A DNA stretch of 64,000 nucleotides from a virus: the IMG/VR virus record IMGVR_UViG_3300019360_000007, positions 1-64,000 of that record. One strand, 5' to 3'. The notes beneath the pieces are model-generated. The model had not been told where the DNA came from. It saw nothing but the letters and a program-made list of their open reading frames with translations, and ran no database searches. Shown here piece after piece: positions 48,501 to 56,209 of this stretch (positions within the stretch are counted from its first letter, which is position 1; the number at the start of each line of letters is the position of its first letter). A program made the translations under genes and the position numbers.

Positions 48501-49974
48501 AGAACGCCTGGACCAAGTTCGGGTTGTTGGTCGGCAGGTCGATGCGGGTGTTCGAGACCGAGAGGAACACGTCCTGCCCGAGCGGCGTGTCGCGCCCGTT
48601 GCCCGTCGTCGGCTGCGCGGGGAGACGGAACTGCGTGCGGCTCTCCACGGCGGGAATCACCGTGTCGACGACGACGACCTCCGTCGGCGCCATGAACCAG
48701 CGGTTGTCGATCAGGAGGGCCGAGATCTGCGTGGGCCCGAAGGGCGGAGCCCCCGGAGTCGTGATCCCGGGCGAGATCAGGAAGGCGGCTCCCCAGACGA
48801 TCAGGTCGTCCTTGAGAACGAAGTCCGCGCCCTCGATGAAGTCGTTGTTGCCGGGCACGATGCCGCAGCGGATGACCTCCGTGACGTTGATGTTCGCGAG
48901 GTAGTCGAACGTGTCCTGCCAGGTGTTGAAGAAGTATTGGATCGTGACGGTGTCGCCGACCGCCGGGGCGAAGGGCAGCGTCACGGCCCTGTTCTGGCCG
49001 TCGACCTCCGTCGGGATGACCTGGACCGAGTTGACGCGCACGGTCACCTTCGACGTGTCGGTCGTGGTGATGCCGCCGTTCGAGCCGTCGACGATAGGCC
49101 CGTTGAAGGTGAAGAACGTGCGGTTCCGACGCGTGTTCTGGTTCTGCGTGAAGCCGAGAACCGAGTTGGCCGTGCCGTTCCCGATCAGGAGACCGTTGTC
49201 GGCGACGAGGCGCACCGCCGTGAGGCCGAAGTTGTTGGTGTAGGTCGACGCCACCAGCGACGTGCCGGCCGCGGCCCCGTTGATCAGGGAGACCACCGTG
49301 GCGGCCGTGACGCTGCCGGTGGGGAACGTGGCGGTCACGACCTGCTGCGTAGTTGCCGACTGGTCGAAGTCCACCGTCACGAGGAACTGGTTGTTGGAGG
49401 AGGTGAACTCGTAGGCGTTGCCGATGGCCCCGTCGAGGATCGCTCCTTGCGTGGACACCTGGTCGGACAGGTTGTCCGTGATCTGCGTGTCGGTCCGCTT
49501 GAAGAAGTAGGTGACCCGGACGTCGTCGCCGAAGTCGGGCGCCGTGCTGATCTCGATCACGCCGATGTCGGCGCGGGCCACGCTCAGGACCACGTCGGGG
49601 CGACCGTTGATCGTGACCAGGATCGAGCTGGGGTCCGTGGCCGTCTTGCCGGAGCCTGACCCGTCCGTGATCGGGTAGTTGCGGACCCGGATACGGCGGC
49701 GCTCACCGTTGAAGTCGCCGAGGATGACCTCGCCGGTCATCGTGATCTCGACGACCGCGCGACCGGTCTCGTCCTCCTGGGGGACCTGCTGGTCGACCGA
49801 GCTGCTCGATCCGCGGATGACCTCCAAGTCTCGCTGCTGGAGCAGCTCGTTGCCCGTCCCGATGAGCACCGGAATGCGGACGCCCGCGAGGACGCCGGAG
49901 ACCGGCGAGTCGAACAGGGTTCGGGTATAGACGCCAGGTGGCGCGTAAATGGTCCCAGGAAAATCCGCGGGCAT
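42532..49974 (-). CDS. Giant tail sheath protein, 2480 aa
   Basis: N-term YAPPGVYTRT...IPVLIGTG and C-term sheath core (AFLNGA, ERTGIIG, RIRLVYP, YLAAAMAG, GVTVMEQ...RVRQGLTT, RFIG.K, DPTVVEVEAFYQPIFPLLYIVITF); AAAGGA RBS. Confidence 0.92.
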   Translation of the reverse strand: MPADFPGTIYAPPGVYTRTLFDSPVSGVLAGVRIPVLIGTGNELLQQRDLEVIRGSSSSVDQQVPQEDETGRAVVEITMTGEVILGDFNGERRRIRVRNYPITDGSGSGKTATDPSSILVTINGRPDVVLSVARADIGVIEISTAPDFGDDVRVTYFFKRTDTQITDNLSDQVSTQGAILDGAIGNAYEFTSSNNQFLVTVDFDQSATTQQVVTATFPTGSVTAATVVSLINGAAAGTSLVASTYTNNFGLTAVRLVADNGLLIGNGTANSVLGFTQNQNTRRNRTFFTFNGPIVDGSNGGITTTDTSKVTVRVNSVQVIPTEVDGQNRAVTLPFAPAVGDTVTIQYFFNTWQDTFDYLANINVTEVIRCGIVPGNNDFIEGADFVLKDDLIVWGAAFLISPGITTPGAPPFGPTQISALLIDNRWFMAPTEVVVVDTVIPAVESRTQFRLPAQPTTGNGRDTPLGQDVFLSVSNTRIDLPTNNPNLVQAFWGFGIEDALNRGAVSVTKVEGTIITLENPVPVGADVFATFWYNIMVDEEYTVQVETSGPSGIGTYFLFDKNGNPIYTPKFGSKGPALTGVTIEFPSGSELTPDVHFEGGTQGPVEETVTVQFADKDATIAKFTVPGAGPYFFVSGASDRARFTIDSSALAGGAAGIDLSAPHGIQGLGFYASLLGEEIQYTDDSGKTTYDILSGINDNVSFTVDGVVVTVTVPSQTAVNADAYVEAINAEAKLVANNPFLDGTTRFLGSTVITAGRYDKLVFNYTGVTNGPTGPVTATIAPGTYTSPTTMAAAVDSALQTAIGALPASFSGMDITCTANADGGMRFTFSATPTDLGTFATGTVTSALAVLGDTVTIDGVTLTGDLAQISGAQNFDTGQARATLMPMGVQPGDTFTIDAGGGPVLITAAGAQTPGGLNFNEGTRATGTITVAGPIPGDTVTVDGQVFLGVSGAPAANEFDVGTRASGTATLMGVQYGDTITIDTSVVGGGPVTLTASNTLTPGGLDFNVGTAATGTVGFSGVRVASAAPYPVVAADTLTLNGNVLTPVDVARTSGADDFFAGVRALSTLTVVTTALPSTGVLYGDTITIAGIPLTADNVTTPGGLNFDAGTQATATITVTASPSSATITIDTGAIAGGPYVLVPAGGPRTPGANDYDNTLGTTAAIAADIAAALNDPLNSFAAFSSAAVGPGPNDVTVTWTVPGMAANAVANLSSDGTVTISATFAGGVGDEITTATAIVAAILDPLNGLTSTVQAHNTGGTSATVDLRAITPGTGGNSISTVSTAPARLTFAGATLAGGLGTNTSARDDAIAAVNDVANSFAVDVTATSSGATTMVLTAVTPGAVGNTITLSTTAAGRFVLSGATLTGGVGDDISAATSLVAAIADAGNGLVGGVVATNAGGTSNVVTIMSFTPGTVGNGILLMESTGATRITLSAGTLLGGVGDNTTVATSLGASITASLPALVFTGVVAAVVTITAVTPGNAGNTIVLASSSATRLIRSGPTLAGGVGTNLTVASSIVAAINDLGNGLAAAVSADNAGGTSTTVTVWSDTPGVIGNTYTIASSTGVRLPVSGATFVGGATTVQVASSLVAAISDALNGLVGIVTADNSSGTSAVVDITAAVPGPTGNFITLASSTAIRLPVSGATLTGGSGLGGGVWEFLDGATVAEDFAIICGLSTDALPSQEQTKIVDGDIARRFTVSGTSGRLIYDRIIMRNRVLPGSGSLEPQSQVAQTSLITQGTNAVTETGLQPKAVGLAGIEATLRPASLFGEVGFKDGQVPAGTFADARDGQPRVRFYGSGGVNPQNNVWKVNIDGTAFTVVFKDSVGAAIPAAGQADVPLGPITFPNTVLKQIQDAAVGAGLPASVVAQEGAGIRLVSGIVTTNSAITLGNGNANNVLGFSEGATAARSTVDPELVASALMMHHSSTINGAILDYQMPDLTWFAAQALAGVERDSANNEFLFIESQANNIVGLGSSSNILFETATTADWLLTGTGLGVTSGQGAAGESGFQGFFVTSSDPVDGSGSANTSCFNSGVGQDGMISQSYRDTVTGLVFTILPRTGGADYPTGAGASFTFQVRKLVTTDANIPVNSISGLELIVANTEGSSIPQGDTAIVETFDRGGQEPAVGDSYFITYNYAKTAADFETMLFTSQRAVERNYGDTTPDNQVSLAAFLAFLNGAVVLGIKQVPKIPGSNQASTQSYSDALNDLRGSLPGGAVLDTITPMRGDDIDLFLQLSNHCDIQSSIRFRAERTGIIGVASGTQPTEVGGIAQQIENTRIRLVYPDIVTLTIQDALGNFKQFLVDGTYLAAAMAGNRASPNIDVATPWTRARIVGFDELARKLDAVEQNQVAVQGVTVMEQRGTVIRVRQGLTTDPTNILTKLPTVITIADEVQRAARRDLDRFIGIKFLPGVLSEIEGQLATTMKALKNAEIIAAFTGIQARTTNDPTVVEVEAFYQPIFPLLYIVITFNLRSNLGG
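45001..47466 (-). repeat. Nested repeat block inside the sheath: 7 N-half repeats then 7 C-half repeats
   Basis: aa ~837-1159: 7x AT.T.T....GDT.TI.G...(N/D)F..G; aa ~1160-1658: 7x A....AAI.D..N.....V...A.TPG..GN.I.L.S......GATL.GG. Confidence 0.85.
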
Positions 49975-49975
49975 G

Positions 49976-50704
49976 TCAGCTTCCTTTCAGTGCGGCTCGG
50001 AAGGCGTCGAGGGAGATCCGCGTGAAGTGGAATCCGCGACACGGAGTTCCACGACGAATCGACTTGGCGACGGCATCGAAGGACAGGCCAAGGGCCTTGG
50101 CTGCTTCGGTCGCCGACGAAAAAACGGAACCGTCGGAGCGTCGGACGGGATTCGCGTTGCCTTCACGAATGCGACGCTTGTGTTCCTCGGTGAAGGCCTG
50201 TCCCGTATGGGCGGCAGACATCTTGGCGCGCGTCTCTTCCGATGGCACACGACCCGAATGGCTCGTGGACATTCGCGCCCTGCTCTCCGCGGAATGCCTT
50301 CGTCCCTTCCAGAAATCACCGCGCCCATTCTCCAAGTTGGCGAGCTGTCTCGCGGAGACCCCGCGAGCCTTGGCCGAGGTCGACATCCTCTTGCGCGTCT
50401 CCTCGCTCGCGACAACTCCGTCTCCGCCCTTGGTCAGGTTGTAACCATGCGCGCGCTCGGCCGAACGGTAGAGGGCGATATAGTGCCGCTCCCGTTCGTT
50501 GGCCTCGGCGAGGGTCGCGATTCCCTTCTCAAGCACTTCCCAGGCCATGGCGGGTCCGTACTTGCGAAGAGCCGCGGAGAAATGGCGACTCCTCGTGCGA
50601 GCCAGGTAGAGGTGCTCGATCTTGCGCTGGTCGAGACTGCGCCGCGTGATCCCGACGTAGACCTTCCCGCTGGGCGACGTGACCCTATAGACCACGTACG
50701 TCAC
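49976..50704 (-). CDS. GIY-YIG homing endonuclease with NUMOD3-like repeats and C-terminal HTH (NUMOD1-like), ~242 aa
   Basis: VVYRVTSPSGKVYVGIT, R..EH, EANERE, GYNLTKGG, repeats SEETRKRMS/HSAESRARMS/SEETRAKMS/TEEHKRRI, FSSATEAAKALG. Start reassigned to GTG 50704. Confidence 0.88.
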   Translation of the reverse strand: MTYVVYRVTSPSGKVYVGITRRSLDQRKIEHLYLARTRSRHFSAALRKYGPAMAWEVLEKGIATLAEANERERHYIALYRSAERAHGYNLTKGGDGVVASEETRKRMSTSAKARGVSARQLANLENGRGDFWKGRRHSAESRARMSTSHSGRVPSEETRAKMSAAHTGQAFTEEHKRRIREGNANPVRRSDGSVFSSATEAAKALGLSFDAVAKSIRRGTPCRGFHFTRISLDAFRAALKGS

Positions 50705-50884
50705 GTCCGCAGGACGCTCCTTCCCGCTCGCGCTCGACTCGGAGGAGGAGCACGTCGCGTCGGGCCACGGGGTCGCCGTGGCGAGTTCGGTGGAGGTCTG
50801 GAGCATCGAGGTCGGCTGTTCGCTCGGGATCACTCCCGTCTGTCGGGCGCACTTCTCCTGCGAGCGCGTGACGCCCTGGGTGCA

Positions 50885-51065
50885 GTCGCGGATCGCGCTC
50901 GGTAGAGCGCCTTGGTTCACGTCTCCGTGCCCGTCTCCGTCGGTCTGTCGGTTCACGTCTAGCCGTCCCCTCGCGGGGAGGAAGCGTTCTGCGGGCCTGC
51001 TAGGCAGGCTGCGTTCACATCTCGTCTGTCGGTCTGGTCACGTCTGGGTCCTCCCTGCGGGAGGC
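50885..51065 (-). ncRNA. Structured non-coding element, copy B (candidate cis-regulatory RNA)
   Basis: Four hairpins including CCTCCCC-GCGA-GGGGACGG (50963-50981, GNRA loop) separated by AGAC(G/C) repeats; colinear with 36525-36722. Confidence 0.5.
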
Positions 51066-51084
51066 CGGGGTTGCGACTGTCGCC

Positions 51085-51552
51085 TCAGCGAGCAGCCTCC
51101 TCGGGAGCGGAGCCGGAGCGCCCCTCCCGCCAAGCCTTGAAACGGTGCATGACCTCCTGGTTGACCAGTCGGGCCTTCTTGGCGGCGCGGCGCTCGGTCT
51201 CGGTCATGACGAAGTACTCGCCGCTGTCGAGCCGACTGAGGTGGTCCCCGGTCGTATCGTTCGCGGAGATCACGCGACGCTTGTAGTCCTGGCGTCGCTG
51301 GAACTCCCTGAGGTTCGCCTCCGCGCTGCGGCCGATGACCACGTCGACGTCGTGATCCACCGAGCTGGCTCCCGTGTTCTGGGGACGGGGCGCATCGGGC
51401 ACGTGGGCGAACTTGAAGCTCGGCGTGGGGATGCGCCTGTCGGCACCCTCGCCGCAACGCTTGCACGGGATCGTGTCCCTGACCTTCCCGGCCGGCTGCA
51501 TTGACCCGAACCGCAGACCGCAGCTCGGGCACTGGTAATCGAACATCGGCAA
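51085..51552 (-). CDS. FmdB-family zinc-ribbon protein, ~155 aa
   Basis: (M)PMFDYQCPSCGLRF...IPCKRCG...RRIP; TTG start with GGAG upstream. Confidence 0.75.
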   Translation of the reverse strand: MPMFDYQCPSCGLRFGSMQPAGKVRDTIPCKRCGEGADRRIPTPSFKFAHVPDAPRPQNTGASSVDHDVDVVIGRSAEANLREFQRRQDYKRRVISANDTTGDHLSRLDSGEYFVMTETERRAAKKARLVNQEVMHRFKAWREGRSGSAPEEAAR

Positions 51553-51599
51553 GGTCGCTCCGTCTACTAGGTCGCCCCTATAGACACGAAAACGAGCGC

Positions 51600-52859
51600 C
51601 TAGCGCAGCATCTCGCCCGTCCCGTAGACCCCCGAGCGGCCCAGCTTGCCGACGAAGAACGGGTCCCACGGAGCCCGGAGACCGAGGGACGCCAGGGTGC
51701 GGAAGTTCGTCTGGATCTTCGCGATCTCCTCGTCGGAGAGCCCGGCGATCTGCTCGATGAACGGGGCGATGAGGGGGGCCTGGCCCTGCGGCACGGGCTC
51801 GCCCCCGGCCTGCTCCACCCCGCGGATCGTGATGCCGAGGGGGACGTGGATGCTCCAGTCGGTCTGGAGCTGCAGGCTGAAGCTGGCGTTGTAGAACCAG
51901 TCGTCAGCGACCTCGTCGTACTGCTCCTCCGTCTCGCCGCCCATGTTGACCGAGGCGATCTCGATCCCCATGCTGGAGAGCCGTGGTCGCGCGGTCGCCC
52001 AGAGGTACAGAGCGGTCTGGTCGAGGATCTCGCGCTGAGACAGAGGGTCGCGGGCGATGACGTCGAAGTCCAGGGTCAGGTCCCAGCGACCCCCGAACTC
52101 AAGTGCCGAGATGGTGCGCTTGTCCTGGACCACGACGGCCAAGCGGTCCCCGGCCGTGATGCGCCTCCCGAACGCAAGGACCGTCCCGGGAACGGGTTCC
52201 CGTAGAGCTCGGTCCTCGCGAACCTTCCACGGGCCCGTCGTCTCGCCCGGGCAACGGTAGTCGGCGGACAGGAACTCCTCGTCGGCCAGCTCGTCGATCA
52301 GGTCGATCTCGCCCGTGTCCGGGTCGGCCGTGTAGTTGGGGCCCTCGTAGAGCCGGAGGTTCCCGGGCATCCGGTAGAGGCGCAGCGTGCCGGAGAGGAA
52401 CTTCCCCTTCTGGAGCTGGTACTGGGTGTCGTTGATCTTGAGGACCGTCTCGTCGATCACGTCGAGGAGCGGGTCCACGAAGAACTCCTGGTCGGTCGGC
52501 GAGCCATTCGCGTCGCAGAAGTCGAGGAAGTAGATGCCGGCCGCCGAGGGGAAGAACCCGCCGTTGTTCTGGATGGCGACGAAGTCCTCGCGCACCCACT
52601 CGACGGAGAGGTTCGGGTACCCCTCGACGTGGGCGAGGTACACGTAGCTCATCACGTGGCCCTGGAAGTTGTCGGCGGCGAGCGCGACCTGGTTGCCGGC
52701 AGAGTTCTTGATCACGATGCCGAACTGCGGGCGCTCGCGGAAGCTGTACTTCCCCTGGATGTGCTGGACGATGTCCTTGTACTTCGGGTGGTACGACCAG
52801 TATCGGCGAAGCTCCTCGATGAACTTCCGATGCACCTGAGTTGTGAGGAAATAGTACAT
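51600..52859 (-). CDS. Putative neck / tail-terminator protein, 419 aa
   Basis: AGGAG upstream; position between neck genes and sheath; RERPQFGIVI and WDLTLDFDVIARD...REILD fit terminator-like folds. Function inferred from order. Confidence 0.5.
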   Translation of the reverse strand: MYYFLTTQVHRKFIEELRRYWSYHPKYKDIVQHIQGKYSFRERPQFGIVIKNSAGNQVALAADNFQGHVMSYVYLAHVEGYPNLSVEWVREDFVAIQNNGGFFPSAAGIYFLDFCDANGSPTDQEFFVDPLLDVIDETVLKINDTQYQLQKGKFLSGTLRLYRMPGNLRLYEGPNYTADPDTGEIDLIDELADEEFLSADYRCPGETTGPWKVREDRALREPVPGTVLAFGRRITAGDRLAVVVQDKRTISALEFGGRWDLTLDFDVIARDPLSQREILDQTALYLWATARPRLSSMGIEIASVNMGGETEEQYDEVADDWFYNASFSLQLQTDWSIHVPLGITIRGVEQAGGEPVPQGQAPLIAPFIEQIAGLSDEEIAKIQTNFRTLASLGLRAPWDPFFVGKLGRSGVYGTGEMLR

Positions 52860-52951
52860 CTCCTACCCCTCGATCTCCGAGACCAGGACGTGGTCGCTCA
52901 CAGCGCGAGGGCTCCGGGAGTGCTCACCTGGAGGCCTTCCGCATAGGACGA

Positions 52952-53971
52952 CTAGGGCTCGTCGTCCTCGTACTCCTGGAGAGCCTGGACGAGGAGACCG
53001 CGCGCGACAGCCTCCAGCGGATCGCGGGCCGCCCTGATCTCGCTGACCTCGATGGGAAAACGCCTGCGCTTCTCCTCGAACACCTTCTTGAAGAACTCCA
53101 GGAACCCGCCAGCCTTGCTCGTGCCCCCCGAGACCACGATGGGGATGGCCTTCGGCAGGGCGAACCGGCTGCGCACCTTCTCGAACTCGCTCGCGATGGT
53201 GTCGAGCGTGTACTCGATCAGGTTCTTGTAGTAGACGACCAGGGCCTCCTGGTCGCGGTCGGTCGGGTGCAGGAGATCGAGACCCTTCTCCTTGAGCGCG
53301 CACGTGCGGGCCTGGGTGGAGCCGACGCTCCTCGCGGCCCCGGCATCGATCCAGTCTCCTCCGCGACCGACGCTCGCGGTGAATCCCTCGACCGTGTTGA
53401 TCGCCAGCGCGATGTTCGTCATCCCGGCGCCGTAGCTCAGCGCGACCCCGCTGAATCCTTCCTTGGCGCACTCGCTGTAGACGATGGCCATTGCCTCGTT
53501 GCCGGGGACCGCACGGTAGCCGCACTCCTCCACGATCCTCTGGAGAACGCCTCGGTGGTAGATGACGTCACGCGACGGGTCATCCACCGGCGCGGCGGGC
53601 ACGCTGAAGCAGCAGACCTCGCGCTCCTCTGCGGGATCGCCCAGGACGTGGCGCACGAGGACACCGAGGATCTCGAGCGCGTCGACCTCGCCCGCCGAGA
53701 CGAGGCCAGACTGGAGCGGTCGCCTGACCTCGGCCCCGAGCATGTTGGCCATGTCGTAGGCCGCGTCGCCGACGATCACGAGCCTGTCGTTCTTCTCCAC
53801 GTAGTTCACGTTGGAGAGCCGCAGCATCTTCCGGTGCTCGCGAGGGAAGTCGATGAAGGCGTCGCGCATCCTGTTGGTCACGACGCCGTCGCCCGTACGA
53901 CGGGCGGAGACCACGTTCATCGTCCCCAGGTCTAGCCCCCTTCCGGGGATCGGTCCTTCACGCTCTGCCAT
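52952..53971 (-). CDS. Actin-fold ATPase (MreB/ParM/FtsA superfamily), 339 aa
   Basis: Phosphate-1 GLDLGTMNVV, RRPLQSG, FSVPA, connect-1 NEAMA, phosphate-2 ALSYGAGMTNI, GGDWID, adenosine VVSGGTS, DPLEAVARG. Confidence 0.85.
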   Translation of the reverse strand: MAEREGPIPGRGLDLGTMNVVSARRTGDGVVTNRMRDAFIDFPREHRKMLRLSNVNYVEKNDRLVIVGDAAYDMANMLGAEVRRPLQSGLVSAGEVDALEILGVLVRHVLGDPAEEREVCCFSVPAAPVDDPSRDVIYHRGVLQRIVEECGYRAVPGNEAMAIVYSECAKEGFSGVALSYGAGMTNIALAINTVEGFTASVGRGGDWIDAGAARSVGSTQARTCALKEKGLDLLHPTDRDQEALVVYYKNLIEYTLDTIASEFEKVRSRFALPKAIPIVVSGGTSKAGGFLEFFKKVFEEKRRRFPIEVSEIRAARDPLEAVARGLLVQALQEYEDDEP

Positions 53972-54028
53972 GGATCGGTGCCTCGTTCATGTCCGACCGC
54001 CGCGATGTATCGCGGGGACTGGCCTATC

Positions 54029-54673
54029 CTACCCGCCTCGCTTCCTGATAGCCCTCAGCGCCTCCGCAGCGTCGTCCACGTCGCCGCCCCCGTCCGACGA
54101 CCGGCGCTCCACGGCGATCCTGGCCTTCGCGTCGGGATCGACGATGCGCTGGGGCATGTAGAGCGGCTCCTCGGGAGCCTTCCGGGCCGCGACGGGAGCG
54201 CCCACGGGCGCGGGCGTTCCGGCGGGCAGCAAGCGACGGAGAACGTGTTCCAGGGCCGTCTCGAGCTGGCCCTGGTCGACCGTGCCGCCCTGCGCCTGAA
54301 CGGTCGCGAGGGCTCGGCCCACCTCCTCCGCGATGGCCGGCCTCAGGTCTCCCATGAGCTCGGCCTTGACCTTCCTCGCGATGGCGTCGGCGTCGACGTC
54401 CACGCGCTCGGGAGCTGGGGCCTCCGGCCGCGGACGCGGTACCGGCCTGCCCAACGAGACGAACGGGGGCTGCGGAAGCCGGGGCGCCTTGTCGAGTCCT
54501 CGTCTGGGCTTGCGGTACACGCGTACGTTTCCCTTCGACTGCTCCTTGCGCAGGTCAGCGGACCCTGCGGCCACGTCCAGGGACACCCACCGCTCCTCGC
54601 CCCGCAGGAGACGCAGGCCGAGATCCGGGATCTCGCACGGGTGCGAGCAGATGATCTGTGCCTCCTGCTTCAC
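54029..54673 (-). CDS. Hypothetical protein, 214 aa, Pro-rich linkers, C-terminal DAAEALRAIRK
   Basis: GTGA overlap with upstream gene; immediately precedes the actin-like gene. Confidence 0.6.
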   Translation of the reverse strand: MKQEAQIICSHPCEIPDLGLRLLRGEERWVSLDVAAGSADLRKEQSKGNVRVYRKPRRGLDKAPRLPQPPFVSLGRPVPRPRPEAPAPERVDVDADAIARKVKAELMGDLRPAIAEEVGRALATVQAQGGTVDQGQLETALEHVLRRLLPAGTPAPVGAPVAARKAPEEPLYMPQRIVDPDAKARIAVERRSSDGGGDVDDAAEALRAIRKRGG

Positions 54674-55209
54674 GTGATCGGGAGCTTGTTGAGCACGGCG
54701 ATGGTCTCGTCCTCAAGCATGGCCTCCATCTTGCGGCGCGCTCGCTCGTAGCCTCTGCGGACGAAGTTGTGCTTGCGGAACCCAGGATGGATCCACGCCT
54801 CGGCCTTGGTCGCGGGCGTGCTCTTGATGAGCACCGTACCCGCCGGTCCCTTCATGGGCACGCGCGAGACACCCTCCTGTCGCGTGAGCCAGTCCATGGG
54901 GTAGGGACGCCTTCCCTCGGTGATCTGCTCGATCCACGGCCAGTCCGAGTAGACCTCGACCGTGGACCCCGAGACCTCGAAGCGGAACGAGGCGAAGAAT
55001 CTCTCTGAATCCGGGATCCCCTCAGGGAACCCTCTGGGCGTGGGACGACCGCCCTGCTTCGCGAAGTCCTTGCGGGCCTCGGCCACGATACTGTCGACGA
55101 GCACCTTGCCCACGCGCTTCAGGAAGGCGGGAGTGACGATGTCCTTCTGCTCCAGAGTGGCCCAGGTCTTCCCGTAGGACTTCCTGATCCTGATGCCTGT
55201 CTCCGCCAT
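54670..55209 (-). CDS. Putative neck / virion morphogenesis protein (HK97 gp10-like), 179 aa
   Basis: Start reassigned to ATG 55209; ITEGRRPY...WIHPGFRKHNFVRRGYE resembles the HPG...F tail of gp10-like proteins. Confidence 0.5.
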   Translation of the reverse strand: MAETGIRIRKSYGKTWATLEQKDIVTPAFLKRVGKVLVDSIVAEARKDFAKQGGRPTPRGFPEGIPDSERFFASFRFEVSGSTVEVYSDWPWIEQITEGRRPYPMDWLTRQEGVSRVPMKGPAGTVLIKSTPATKAEAWIHPGFRKHNFVRRGYERARRKMEAMLEDETIAVLNKLPIT

Positions 55210-55211
55210 CG

Positions 55212-56183
55212 TCAGATCGCCACTTCCTCGACTGGGCACCAGTTGCGGTAAATCCTCTGCGACGACCCGAGGCGGCTCATCAACCCTTTGAAGTGCGTGA
55301 GCGCGCTGCCGTCGTGGATCTCGGTCTCCGAGTAGCGCGCGACGCTGTACCCGAGATCGAAGAATGCCAAGGCCGTCTCCCGGTCCCCGTCGATACGCGC
55401 TTGGGGGTCGCCACGGATGACCTTCGGGCCGTGGAACGCCTCCCCATCGCAGAGCACCACGATCTTGCGCCCGTCGCCGACGGCCACCTTGATGTCGGCC
55501 TCGCGCTTGACCTTCCGGTTGCCGATGCGCAATGTCGTCCACGAGTTTCTACCCGCGATCTCATAGCCCGTCCCCTCTAGTTGTGAGGCGAAAGTGTGTT
55601 CTAACTGGCTGTCCGTGCGTGCCGATTCAATGTTGTTCATTATGGTCTCGACCTTGCGTCCCAACATCCGTTCGTCGAAATCTGGAAAAGCGTGCTCTCC
55701 GATGGATCGGATGATCTGGTACGTCACGCCAAGGCGACGTGCGATGTCGTTGAGACGCTCCCCTCCCTCAACTGCCGCAACCACTTGGCAGTAGAGTGGG
55801 TCCCCGCGAAGCCATCGCACACTGCGTGAAGCGAGACCGTCCCACTGTGCCTTGCTCCCTTGGGCTGTCATGAACTGACGAGGATCGGGGGGTTTGTCGA
55901 ACGACAACGCCTCGTAAGCGCGTTTGCTCATCGTCGCGCGAAGTACCTCGCACTGAGCACACCGTTTCCGGTCGTTCTCGGTCTTGTCGGTGATCTTGAA
56001 CAGGCCGCCACACTTGCGGCACCGCAGCGTGGCCCGATATTCGGTCCTCCACGCGTACCACCGTTGCTTCAGTTCTTGGTGTTCTGCGTCAATGTTGTGT
56101 CGAAGATGCCCCGCAAGCCCGCGGTAATTCCTGAGGATCTTGCCGCAGATCTCACAAGATCCTAAGAACGGAAGCAAGCCCAT
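55212..56183 (-). CDS. Free-standing Zn-finger/HTH endonuclease (Vsr/DUF559-like C-terminus), ~323 aa
   Basis: CEICGK...RGLAGHLRH, CRKC...CAQC, HTH LNDIARRLGVT, SQLE..F, EADI...IVVLCDGEAFHG...D...LGYSVARY; the 686-aa listed ORF is over-extended; more AT-rich codons. Confidence 0.72.
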   Translation of the reverse strand: MGLLPFLGSCEICGKILRNYRGLAGHLRHNIDAEHQELKQRWYAWRTEYRATLRCRKCGGLFKITDKTENDRKRCAQCEVLRATMSKRAYEALSFDKPPDPRQFMTAQGSKAQWDGLASRSVRWLRGDPLYCQVVAAVEGGERLNDIARRLGVTYQIIRSIGEHAFPDFDERMLGRKVETIMNNIESARTDSQLEHTFASQLEGTGYEIAGRNSWTTLRIGNRKVKREADIKVAVGDGRKIVVLCDGEAFHGPKVIRGDPQARIDGDRETALAFFDLGYSVARYSETEIHDGSALTHFKGLMSRLGSSQRIYRNWCPVEEVAI

Positions 56184-56209
56184 CTCCAACCAATACCACG
56201 AACGCCCGC

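Noticed and set aside
50705-50956. 84-aa N-terminal extension of the GIY-YIG ORF
   Set aside because: Overlaps the structured element and hairpins; GIY-YIG domains normally begin at the N-terminus.
36525-51065. CRISPR array or known ribozyme for the AGACG/GTGAA repeat tracts
   Set aside because: Repeats are only 5-8 nt with no regular spacers; no hammerhead CTGANGA/GAAA core or other recognised ribozyme consensus.
49976-56183. Group I introns or inteins housing the endonucleases
   Set aside because: Flanking genes look complete with own starts and stops; no intron core or intein C/HN-S/T/C junction motifs recognised.
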